Source of the DNA: an uncultured Planctomycetota bacterium
GTDB taxonomy: Bacteria > Planctomycetota > Phycisphaerae > Tepidisphaerales > Tepidisphaeraceae
Reading direction: 5' to 3'
DNA: 64,000 nucleotides
Assembly (NCBI GenBank): GCA_963841915.1
Contig: CAWJEN010000003.1
Coordinates: forward strand, 32,001-96,000
Shown here piece by piece: positions 51,584 to 60,800 of the stretch. A program made the position numbers and the translations under genes. Under the pieces are notes generated by a model. That model made no database searches. It saw only the letters and a list, made by a program, of their open reading frames with translations, and was not told the origin of the DNA. Within the stretch, counting starts at the first letter, position 1. Every line of letters begins with the position of its first letter.

Positions 51584-53277
51584 GCGGTGGCTCCTCGCGT
51601 GCTCCAGCGTGATAGCGGACGTCCACCGGCGGCCAGTCGGTGGGGCGGCCAGACGCTGGCACCTGCCGACCACAACATCACCGCAAGCGACGAGGCATAG
51701 ACGATGCCGAAGACGACGACGTTGATCAGGAAGACGACAAGCTCCGGCACGCCTAGCTCCCGCGGCACCGCGGCGGTGACGAGCGTTGCGGCAAGGCTGG
51801 CCACGGCAGGCTCGAAGAACGGCCGCATCAGGCTTGCCAGTGATAGCCCGAGAAGCTGCTTGACGCGGATCGGCACCAAGACGCCCTGCACAACGAAGAC
51901 CACCGCCAGCAGCCCGACCGACGGCATGTAGATGCCGATCTTTTCGGGCACGGACCATGCCAGCACAAGACCCAGCAAGGGGCCGACAATGCCAGAGATG
52001 AGGCTCAGCAGCGCGTATTGCCGCACCTTGCCGATGCCGTAGAGGATTCGGGTAAGACACCCGGCCGCCGACAGGACGACAATCGATGGCACGAGCAGTC
52101 GCACGTTATCGGCCATGAGCGGTAGGACGATCTGCGGGTCATCGACCTGTCCGCCGAGCCAGACGCGGAGCACGAGGTCGGCTGTCAGCATGAGTCCCGC
52201 ACCGGCGGGCAGCATCACGATCGCGACGAGCGTCATGTTGACCCGAACCAGCCGCGACATGTTCTTACCAGCAGTGTCCTTGTCACGAGACCGTCTGGCC
52301 TCTGCGTCGACACGAACCGCCACCGCCTGCAGGCCATCGGTGACGCCGGTGCCGATCATTTGCACGTACCCGCTGAGCTGGACGGCGATGGCGTAGATCG
52401 TGTTTCCGACGAGCCCGAAGAGGGCGAACATGACGAATTGCGGCGCACGCCAGACGAGGTTGTTGGCCAGCGTGTTGATGAAGTTCCACCCGCCGACGGA
52501 GAAGAATCGGCCGATGAGCCGCTTGCGCATCCGATCTGGCCGCGGAAACAGACGCGTGTCGACCCGGACCTGCGTGGCCACAATGGTGAGGCAGATGAGC
52601 GCGGTGCAGGCCGTCGAGACAATGCCGTAGACGATGACAAGCCCCGGCTGACCCCACGCGGTGGTGAGGCTTGCGATGAAGGCGCAACCGCTGCCGATGA
52701 GCATCGGAAAGCGCATGGCCACGCGATAGGCGTTGTGCTGCCCCATCTTCTCGCGGACAAGCAGCAGGTTCATCCACGGGCTGCTCATGAGCTCGACGAC
52801 GACGGCCAGCCCACTCAGCGCCAGCAACCATCCGGCAGCATTTGCCAGCCCCGCCGGGATCTTGAGCTGATCGACGAACGGCACGATCGCGCCGACGATG
52901 ATGCCGACGACACCTGCTGCCATCCAAGCCAGTGCGACTGCAGTTTGGAAGGAGGCTTCGAGCCGCTTAGGCGAGTGGTGATAGGCGCTGCCCAGCTCCC
53001 TCACCATGCTGCCGGTGATGACGTTGCTGGCGATGGCGGCCATGCCTGTCGTGGAGCCGAGCAGGGCGACCAGGCCGAAGCCGTCGTTCCCGACGACGCC
53101 CATGAGCAGGGGCACGTGAATGATGCCGAGGGCAAAGGTGCCGAGCAGCCGTGCGTAGTTGGTAACAAGCCGCCAGACGGTGGTCGAGCCCCGCCGGTTC
53201 TTGACGACGGCGTCTGCCGAACCGCCCACCGACTCATACGGCACGGTGGTGGCGGCGGAAACTCGGTCGTCGTTCAT
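51580..53277 (-). CDS. Oligosaccharide flippase (Wzx/MOP family)
   Basis: About 14 TM segments; stop overlaps the pyruvyltransferase ATG. Confidence 0.8.
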   Translation of the reverse strand: MNDDRVSAATTVPYESVGGSADAVVKNRRGSTTVWRLVTNYARLLGTFALGIIHVPLLMGVVGNDGFGLVALLGSTTGMAAIASNVITGSMVRELGSAYHHSPKRLEASFQTAVALAWMAAGVVGIIVGAIVPFVDQLKIPAGLANAAGWLLALSGLAVVVELMSSPWMNLLLVREKMGQHNAYRVAMRFPMLIGSGCAFIASLTTAWGQPGLVIVYGIVSTACTALICLTIVATQVRVDTRLFPRPDRMRKRLIGRFFSVGGWNFINTLANNLVWRAPQFVMFALFGLVGNTIYAIAVQLSGYVQMIGTGVTDGLQAVAVRVDAEARRSRDKDTAGKNMSRLVRVNMTLVAIVMLPAGAGLMLTADLVLRVWLGGQVDDPQIVLPLMADNVRLLVPSIVVLSAAGCLTRILYGIGKVRQYALLSLISGIVGPLLGLVLAWSVPEKIGIYMPSVGLLAVVFVVQGVLVPIRVKQLLGLSLASLMRPFFEPAVASLAATLVTAAVPRELGVPELVVFLINVVVFGIVYASSLAVMLWSAGASVWPPHRLAAGGRPLSRWSTRGATA

Positions 53278-53389
53278 GAACTTGTTGACGGCAAGCGGAC
53301 CCCCTGCAGCACATACATCGGCAACAGTCCCGGGCCAGCGTAGCCCGGGACTGCAGTCTTGCCAGTTGATGAACCTGCCACAAACGTCG

Positions 53390-54748
53390 TTAGCCGACGT
53401 TGATCGGCGGCGACAGGCCCTCGATCAGCACGTTGTGGGTGCCGGTGGTGAAGAGCGAGCCGCGGAAGTTGCCATTGGTGTCGCGGAACGTCACGCTCGT
53501 GGCCGGGGTGTTGGCCCGCAGGAAGTTGGGTCGACGGCTGGAGGTAATGGGGTCGAAGTAGAGGTTCTGGAACGTCAGGCCGTACACGCCGCCGTCCTTG
53601 CCGGTGGCACTTGTGACAATCTCACCTGCCCGGGCAGCGTTGCCGGTGGCAAGGCCGTTGTTCTCGAACCAGGCGTCGCGGAAGGTGACCTGGCGACTAC
53701 CGGCCAGGCTGATCGTGCCCTCGCTGGTCTTGTTGGCCTCAAAGACGCAGCCGTCGAACGTGAGCTGGCGGGCGGTGCGGATTTCCAGGGCCCAGTCACC
53801 CGAAGCGGCAGTGAACGTGCATCGCTCGAAGCGGGTCGCCGTCGATTCGCCGTTCCAGACGACGTGCGTCTTGTTGTTCTGGAAGGTGACGTCGCGGAAG
53901 GTGTTTCCGACGCCGCTGGCTTCCATGGCAATATCGAGGTGACGGAAACGAACGTTCTCGAGCGTCGACCAGTGCATCCCCGAGCCGGTCGTGCCGAGGC
54001 CGACGAACCCGCCCTCGATGGAGAGGTCACGGAGCGTCAAGCCGACGTGGTCGGTGAACTGCTTGGCGACGCGGACGATGGCAGCGTTACCGAACTCGGC
54101 AGCCCAGGCGGCGCGGTCGCCGATGGTGAGCGCTGTCGAGTTGCCGTCACCGGTGATGGTAATAGCTGACGTGATGTCGAGCGGGCGATCCAGGTCGTAC
54201 ACGCCGGCCGAGAGGTGCAGGCCGACGCCCTGTGCCTGTGCCTGTGCGAGAGCCGCATGCACGTCCTGGCCGGGCTGAACGACGATGGCGTTCAGCGGTG
54301 CCTGCGTGTCAGGTTGCTGCGGGTTACCGACATCCGGCGTCGGCTGGTCAATGTCGTTGCTGTCCTTCTGGTTGACGATCACCGGCTCGACGGCATCAGG
54401 GCCCGTGGTGACCGGGACATTGAGCTCGCGCTGCTTGATCAGCTCGCGAAGTTGTTCGCTGAGGCCGCTGTCACCACTTGCGGCGGCGGTGGCACGGTTG
54501 AGAACCTGGTTGAGCGTCTCGGCCTGGAGCGTGAGAATCTCGCTCGACTCGAAGCCTTCCTTCTCCATCATCTCCACGAGGTCGAGCGAGCCGCTGGCAG
54601 ACATGAGGCGGCGAACGTCGAGGCCCTCGAGAAGTCGGTTGACACCAGCCCGGCCATTGGACCGGCGGCAGCGTGGGCACAGGCAAGCTTCATCCTTGGA
54701 GCTTTGACCGAGCTCTTGGGCGGCGGTGTTGTTTGACTTCTCAAGCAT
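53390..54748 (-). CDS. Right-handed beta-helix (pectate lyase-like) protein with LEPR-XLL-like motif
   Basis: LEGLDVRRLMS; LHLSAGVY..PL.I, ITITGDG, repeated TFxxxxFxxN strands. Confidence 0.72.
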   Translation of the reverse strand: MLEKSNNTAAQELGQSSKDEACLCPRCRRSNGRAGVNRLLEGLDVRRLMSASGSLDLVEMMEKEGFESSEILTLQAETLNQVLNRATAAASGDSGLSEQLRELIKQRELNVPVTTGPDAVEPVIVNQKDSNDIDQPTPDVGNPQQPDTQAPLNAIVVQPGQDVHAALAQAQAQGVGLHLSAGVYDLDRPLDITSAITITGDGNSTALTIGDRAAWAAEFGNAAIVRVAKQFTDHVGLTLRDLSIEGGFVGLGTTGSGMHWSTLENVRFRHLDIAMEASGVGNTFRDVTFQNNKTHVVWNGESTATRFERCTFTAASGDWALEIRTARQLTFDGCVFEANKTSEGTISLAGSRQVTFRDAWFENNGLATGNAARAGEIVTSATGKDGGVYGLTFQNLYFDPITSSRRPNFLRANTPATSVTFRDTNGNFRGSLFTTGTHNVLIEGLSPPINVG

Positions 54749-54906
54749 GGTCTAAGTTCTCCATTGTGACACGGGAAGATGCAAAGCCTGAATCACGTAT
54801 TCCGGCTGGCGCGGCCGCTGCAGCCGCTCAGAGGCATACGCCACCCGCGGCCGATAAGCTCACGGTGCTAGACGTTTCCTGTTCAGGCGGCGGGGCGAGA
54901 CCCGAC

Positions 54907-55611
54907 ATGCACTCTATGAAGCTTCGACTCTCGGCCACAGTTGCGTTGATTTTCGTGTTGCTCGCCGGTGGTTGCTCCAGCTCGCAGCCCGATCGCTCGC
55001 AGCCCAAGCCGATGCCCAAAGCAGCCATTACGGCCGAGGGCCACTACGCGGCTGGTCAATTTCACGAGTCGGCGATCGTCACCGATCAGAGTGGTCGGGC
55101 GACGGCTAAGCAGCTTCGCGAGGCCCGTCGCAGCGCGATCAAGCAGTACGAAGCCGCGCTGAAGCTCGACGAGACGCACGCCGGCAGCCTGTACCGCCTG
55201 GCTGTCCTGGCGACCGAGGACCAGGATCTTGACCGGGCGGCTGGGTTTTGGCGTCGGTATGTGAAGGCAACCGATGGCTCAGCCGTCGCGTGGCGCAACC
55301 TGGCCGTCGCCCACGACGTGCTCGGTGAGGCCGAGACGGCCGAGGAGGCGTACCGACACGCATTGGCCGCTGACGCCGACGACGACATCAGCCGCGTGAA
55401 CCTTGGGATGTTGCTCGCCCGGGCGGGGCGGCTGACCGAGGCACGCGAGCAACTGTCCAAGGTGCTGGCCCCGGCTGCCGTCCACTTTCACGTCGCTCAG
55501 GCGTTGCAGCGTCGCGGTCAACACGCCGCCGCGGCCACCGAACTTCGTGCGGCTGCCGCAATCGACAGCCGCTACGCAACAGCGTCGCTCAGCGTCATGC
55601 CGATCGACTAA
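54907..55611 (+). CDS. TPR-repeat lipoprotein
   Basis: Lipobox LAGGC; TPR helices AWRNLA..., RVNLGMLLA. Confidence 0.82.
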   Translation: MHSMKLRLSATVALIFVLLAGGCSSSQPDRSQPKPMPKAAITAEGHYAAGQFHESAIVTDQSGRATAKQLREARRSAIKQYEAALKLDETHAGSLYRLAVLATEDQDLDRAAGFWRRYVKATDGSAVAWRNLAVAHDVLGEAETAEEAYRHALAADADDDISRVNLGMLLARAGRLTEAREQLSKVLAPAAVHFHVAQALQRRGQHAAAATELRAAAAIDSRYATASLSVMPID

Positions 55612-55631
55612 TTCAAGTCGTGACACAATCA

Positions 55632-55664
55632 AAGAAGCCGAGACACGACGCGTCGCGGCTTCTT
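55632..55664. terminator. Probable bidirectional terminator
   Basis: aagaagccg...cggcttctt hairpin between convergent genes. Confidence 0.55.
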
Positions 55665-55681
55665 CTGCATCTCTAACGGTG

Positions 55682-56455
55682 TCACTCGCGATCGAAGAGT
55701 GACACGCCGATCGGGCCAAAGAAGCCGACGGCCGCCGCTTCGTTCTGTGACTTCGTCACGGTGTAGACGTTGCCGCGGGTGAAGCTCATGACCTGCGGCG
55801 AAACGTGACCATCGAGCCACGCGACATTGGCGCGGCCGTCGTGGCGAAAGTGCGTCGAAGGATCGACACCGGCCGCCGGTGGCTCGACGAAGCCGTACTC
55901 GATGAGACGACCCGGCCGCAGAAATGCGGTGTCGGCGAGCAGCACCGTCTCGCTTGACGAGCGAAACTGCGAGAGCCTGGCCCCCAGCATCGATGTCAGC
56001 TTCGACGGCACGTCTCGGCCGACGTAGGTGGCGTTGTAGCCGTATCCGCCGGTGCCGCTCTCGAAGGCTGCCGCTTGTCCCGACTCGTATTCCACCGCCT
56101 CGTGATCGAAGGACGGGCAGCGGTTGACCTCGCCCGTCTCCAGATAGTCGAAGATCGGGCCGCGTTCGCTGACGAAGGCGGCATCGTCGTCCTCCCGCTC
56201 GCCGTGCCAACGACGCAGGTTCGAATCATTCGGCAGCGATGCGTCCCAAAACCGGGCGGCTCCGGGTGGCATCCGACCTTTGTGGTCGCCGGCGTAGTGG
56301 AACATGACCGTCGCGAGCTGACGCAGATTCGAGCTGCACGTGACCGCCTCCGCCGAGCGTCGAGCGGCCCCGAGCGTCGGCAGCATCACGCTGACCAGCA
56401 GCGCGATGATGCCGATCACGACGAGCAATTCCACAAGCGTAAAACCGCGCCTCAT
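55682..56455 (-). CDS. Prepilin-type N-terminal cleavage/methylation protein with H-X9-DG motif (DUF1559-like)
   Basis: RRGFTLVELLVVIGIIALL, CSSNLRQL, RHDGRANVAWLDGHV. Confidence 0.93.
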   Translation of the reverse strand: MRRGFTLVELLVVIGIIALLVSVMLPTLGAARRSAEAVTCSSNLRQLATVMFHYAGDHKGRMPPGAARFWDASLPNDSNLRRWHGEREDDDAAFVSERGPIFDYLETGEVNRCPSFDHEAVEYESGQAAAFESGTGGYGYNATYVGRDVPSKLTSMLGARLSQFRSSSETVLLADTAFLRPGRLIEYGFVEPPAAGVDPSTHFRHDGRANVAWLDGHVSPQVMSFTRGNVYTVTKSQNEAAAVGFFGPIGVSLFDRE

Positions 56456-57249
56456 CGCCGCCTCCGCGCGAGCAGGCCACCGAGCACGAGCAGGCCGAGC
56501 GTTGACGGCTCGGGGACGACGTTAATGACGCCAACACCTGCGCCGACGCCGAGCTGGAAGTCGAAGCCGCCGGTCCCTTCGGTGAGCCAGGCGTCGAGGA
56601 TCGGGTTTCCGAGCGAGTCGAGGAAGCTGCCGTTGCCTGGGATGTCGACGAGGCGGACGAAGTTGATGCTGGCGAGATCGACATCGCCGCTGGCGACGAG
56701 CGGGTCGGCGGCAAGGTCAGCGAGATCGAACGGTGTCCCGAAGCCCGCCGCGTGCTTGCCGGCAAGGCCCTTGATGTTGGTCGCGTCGAACCCGCCGAAG
56801 CTCTGGCCGAAATCGCCTGCGAAGGTGGTGTTCGTCGAGACGCTCGGGAAGCGGGCAAAGTTGCTGCCGTCGGTACTGACTTCGACGTAAGCGAGCTCTG
56901 CCAGGAGGAACGGGTCGCTGGGGAAGACAAAGCCGTTTTCGAAGACGGCAAAGTCATCGCCAACGCCGTTGGTGATCGCTGCTGGGAAAGCAACGGTCAA
57001 CTCGCCAGGCTGGATGCCGTTGGCGATGTCGGCGGCGTCGAGGTCACCGAGGCTGTTGAAGCCGCCGTCTTCGTTGATGGCCGTGCTGCCGCGTGGGGCG
57101 AAGCTTGTGAGGCTGTCGACGATGTCGTCGGCCCAGGCGACGAAGCGGTCGCTGTCGACAGGAACGCCATCGGTCGGTCCGGAGTAGGGGCCGGCCACCG
57201 CTGCTGCAGGAACGGCCATCACGGCCGCGAGAATCAATTTGTAAGTCAA
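56452..57249 (-). CDS. PEP-CTERM cell-surface protein, first gene under the B12 riboswitch
   Basis: TTG start, signal peptide; NGVGDDFAVFENGF, ELAYVEVSTDG; VPEPSTLGLLVLGGLLARRRR. Confidence 0.88.
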   Translation of the reverse strand: MTYKLILAAVMAVPAAAVAGPYSGPTDGVPVDSDRFVAWADDIVDSLTSFAPRGSTAINEDGGFNSLGDLDAADIANGIQPGELTVAFPAAITNGVGDDFAVFENGFVFPSDPFLLAELAYVEVSTDGSNFARFPSVSTNTTFAGDFGQSFGGFDATNIKGLAGKHAAGFGTPFDLADLAADPLVASGDVDLASINFVRLVDIPGNGSFLDSLGNPILDAWLTEGTGGFDFQLGVGAGVGVINVVPEPSTLGLLVLGGLLARRRR

Positions 57250-57462
57250 GAAAAGTCGCTCTCTGTCCCGAACGGGGCGGGACGCATCTTCGAGTCAGAT
57301 GGGTCACCGGCGACACAACTCGGGCAGAAGACGGACGACCGGCCGCCAATGGCGGGGCGGAAGCACATCGTCCGCCGGTCGTCCTGTTGCGCGAGGACCC
57401 GACAGGTGCCAACCGTCACGCGTTACCACGTGCGGCATCCGCCCGAACACGTCGGGTGGCAA

Positions 57463-57658
57463 CAGGCAGGTCTTCCGGCTACGGGTTCAACAGCGTCGGC
57501 CTGCCTTCCCGCTGACGCATCAGCAGTGGCTTGGTTGGCCGACGCCTGGCCCGTTACGGCGGCGCGTCCGCGGAGGAATCGGCATCATCGTCAGAGACGG
57601 CTCAACCTCACCTCACTTCCCTCTTCGCCGACGACAATGCGTCGCCGGCACCTGTGAC
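57463..57658 (-). ncRNA. Cobalamin riboswitch
   Basis: Minus strand reads AGGTGC...AAGAGGGAA...GCGCCGCCGTAA...AGCCACTG...GGGAAGGC...AGCCGGAAGACCTGCC (B12 box). Confidence 0.92.
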
Positions 57659-57853
57659 GAAGGCAACGTAGCCTCCCGAGCGGGTGCGTCAACCGCGATG
57701 ATCGGGCGCGCCAGCAGCTTTCGCCCGCAGTTGTAGATACGTGCAAGTATTGGCAGTATATTGCACTTTTTCGACGAATTGGAGAAGCTGTGGCCTTAAC
57801 CGGACGTTGCTGTCGCATGAGCAAGCGTCCAGTCACGCCATCCCGTAGAACCC

Positions 57854-60800
57854 ATGAACCGCCACCACCTGATCGAATCGCTCGAAACCCGTCGCCTGCT
57901 TGCCGCCCTGTCCTGGGACGGCGGCGGTGACGGCACCACCTTTGAAGATCCGCTCAACTGGAGCACGAACGTTGTACCTGGTGCGGCGGACGACGTCACG
58001 GTGGATGTCGCGGCAAATCCGACAATCGTGATTTCCGAGAGCCGCGTGCTGCGTTCGCTCAACAACTCCGAAGTCTTCGAAGTGACCGCGGCGGCGGCTT
58101 CGCGAACGCTCACCATCACGCAAGGCGGTCACAACAGTGGCACCATGGTCCTGACCGGGACTGGTCTGGGTGTCTCGTCTCTAGCCCTTGGCAGTACCTT
58201 TACCAATAGCGGAACAATTCGCTTCGACACCGCCGCCGGCTCGGCAGAGCGGCGGATCACGCTCAATCAGACCAACCCGGTCGCCTTCGTCAACGACGGC
58301 ATCATCAACGTGACGGCGGGAACCGACGCGGTGCTGCTTGGCAACGGAGCGGCCATCGCGACCTTCACGCAGAACGGCAACATCAACGTCGACGCCACAG
58401 GTCAGCTGATCGTCCAGAGCGTCAGCTTCGACTATGTCGGCGGGACCAACTCTGACGGCTTGTTTGTCGCGAGCAGTGTGCTCGACTTGGTCGATGCCGA
58501 CGCAGCCTCGACTTTGTCGGCAGTCGCCAGCAACACGTTGGCCGGCTTCGATTCGCCAGACCTGACGCTCGCAATACGTGGCGATGCAGGCGGTTTCAGC
58601 TCAGCGTCGCTCACCAATAGCGGCGTTGCGATGACGATGAACGGTGACATTGACATCGAGACGGCAGGCACCGCCTCGGCGACACTGACGCTCACCGGCA
58701 ACGTGACGAACCAGGGCACCATTGGCCTGACCGGCACCGGATCAGGCACCGCCACCTTCAACATCGGCGGAACCTTCACCAACGTCGGCACCGTCCGCGT
58801 CGACCAAGGCAGCGGCACGGGCGGTCGAAACGTTCGACTCAACCAGACGAATCCGGTCGCTTTCGTCCATAGCGGAACCCTCGACGTCACTGCCGGGACA
58901 GAGACCGCAATCCAAGGCAGTGGCGCGACGATCTCGACCTTCACGCAGAACGGAACGATTTCCGTCGGCGCAGGCGGTGAGCTCATCGTGCAAAGCGTCA
59001 GCCTGAACTACGTCGGCGGCACGCACACCAGCGGATTCTTCGTCACCAGCAGCCTCCTCGACCTCGACGACAGCGACGCCGCCTTGACGCTTACGGGCGT
59101 CGGGAGCAACACGTTGGCCGGTCACGACGCAGCGAACCTGACGCTGTCCGTGGCCGGCAACGGCGTCGGTGGGTTCTTCACGGCGTCGCTGACCAATGGC
59201 GGCGTCGCGATGAGCATCAACGGCGACATCGACCTCGTCACCAACGGCACCGCGTCGGTAAACCTGACGCTGACCGGACTCGTGACCAACAACGCGCAGA
59301 TCACCCTGACCGGAGACGATACCGGCGGTGTGAACTTCAGTATCGGTGGAACGTTTACCAACGACGGCACCATCCGCATCGACCAGGGCAGTGGCACCGG
59401 CACGCGGCTGCTCCGGCTCAACCAGACAAACCCGGTCGCCTTCGTCAACAACGGAACCCTCGCGACGACGGCCGGCACGGCAATCGAAGTGACAGGCATC
59501 GGCCCGGCCATCACAACCTTCACACAGAATGGCCTGATCAGCGTCGGTGCCGGTGGGCAGCTCATCATTGGAAGCGTCCGCTTGAACTACGTCGGCGGAG
59601 CCCACACGAGCGGGCTGTTTGTGACGAGCAGTGTCCTGGACCTGAACGACTCGGACACGGCAGTCACACTCGTTGCCGTCGGCTCAAACACGCTCGCAGG
59701 GCACGACGCGGCCAACCTGACGCTGACATCAACAGGCAACGCGATCAGCGGTTTCTCGACCGCGACCCTGAGCAACAATGGCGTTGATATGACCTTCAAC
59801 GGCGACATCGTCATCGCTGCCGACGGCACCGGGACGTCTAACTTCACGTTGACCGGCCTCGTGACGAACAACGGGGTCATCACCCTCACAGGCAGCGGAA
59901 CCGGCGGGACGAACTTCAACGTCGGCAACACCTTCACCAACAACGGCTCACTCACAATTGACCAAAGCACCGGCAGCGGTGCCAAGATCGTCCGTCTGAA
60001 TCAGACCAATCCGGTCGCTTTAGTCAACAACGGCACGATCGACGTCGCAGCCGGGACGAGTGCCGACATCCTCGGTAATGGAGCAACTATCACGACGTTG
60101 ACGCAGAACGGCCAGATTAATGTCGCACCAGGCAGCGACCTGACGCTGTCGAGCACGCAGCTCGACTACATCGGCGGGAGCAACACGAGCGGCCTGCTGG
60201 TCACGGCGGGCAACCTGAACCTGCTCAACGCCGCATCGTCGTCGGAGGTGGTCGGCATCGGGACCAACCTATTGCTTGCCCACGCCGCGGCGAATCTAAC
60301 CTTGGCCGCAGAGGGTGGCGTGGCGGGCAACACGACAGCGACGATCCGCACGTCGAGTGACCTCGTCAGCAACGGGCCGATCATCCTTCGAGGAAACGGC
60401 ACCTCCGCGGCGAATCTGCTCGTCGGTGGGACGTTCACCAACAACAGCACGGTCACGCTCGAACGCGGCACCGGCTCGGGCGGGAGGACCATCTCGATGA
60501 ACCAGACGACGCCTGCAGCGTTTGTCAACGTCGGCACCGTGGCTGTGGCGGCGGACGTCAACGCGAGCATCACCGGAACGACCGGGCCATTCATCAATAC
60601 TTCGCTTGTGAGCGTCGCCGACGGGGCGAGGCTGGCGTTGTCGGGTCAAAGCAACCTCTACGACGCGGCCGGAACGTTCTTGTCCGGCGGGCGATACGTC
60701 ATTGCCGACGGTGGAGAGCTGGACCTGCCGAATGCCACGGTACTGACGGCCGAGATCGAGGCGTTCGGCTCTGCCGAGATCGATCTGCTTCGCCTCGAGT

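Noticed and set aside
57741..57766. Sigma-54 promoter TGGCAGTATATTGC upstream of the large protein
   Set aside because: GG-to-GC spacing is one base short. The overlapping GTGCAA-N14-TTGCAC dyad is too short to call on its own.
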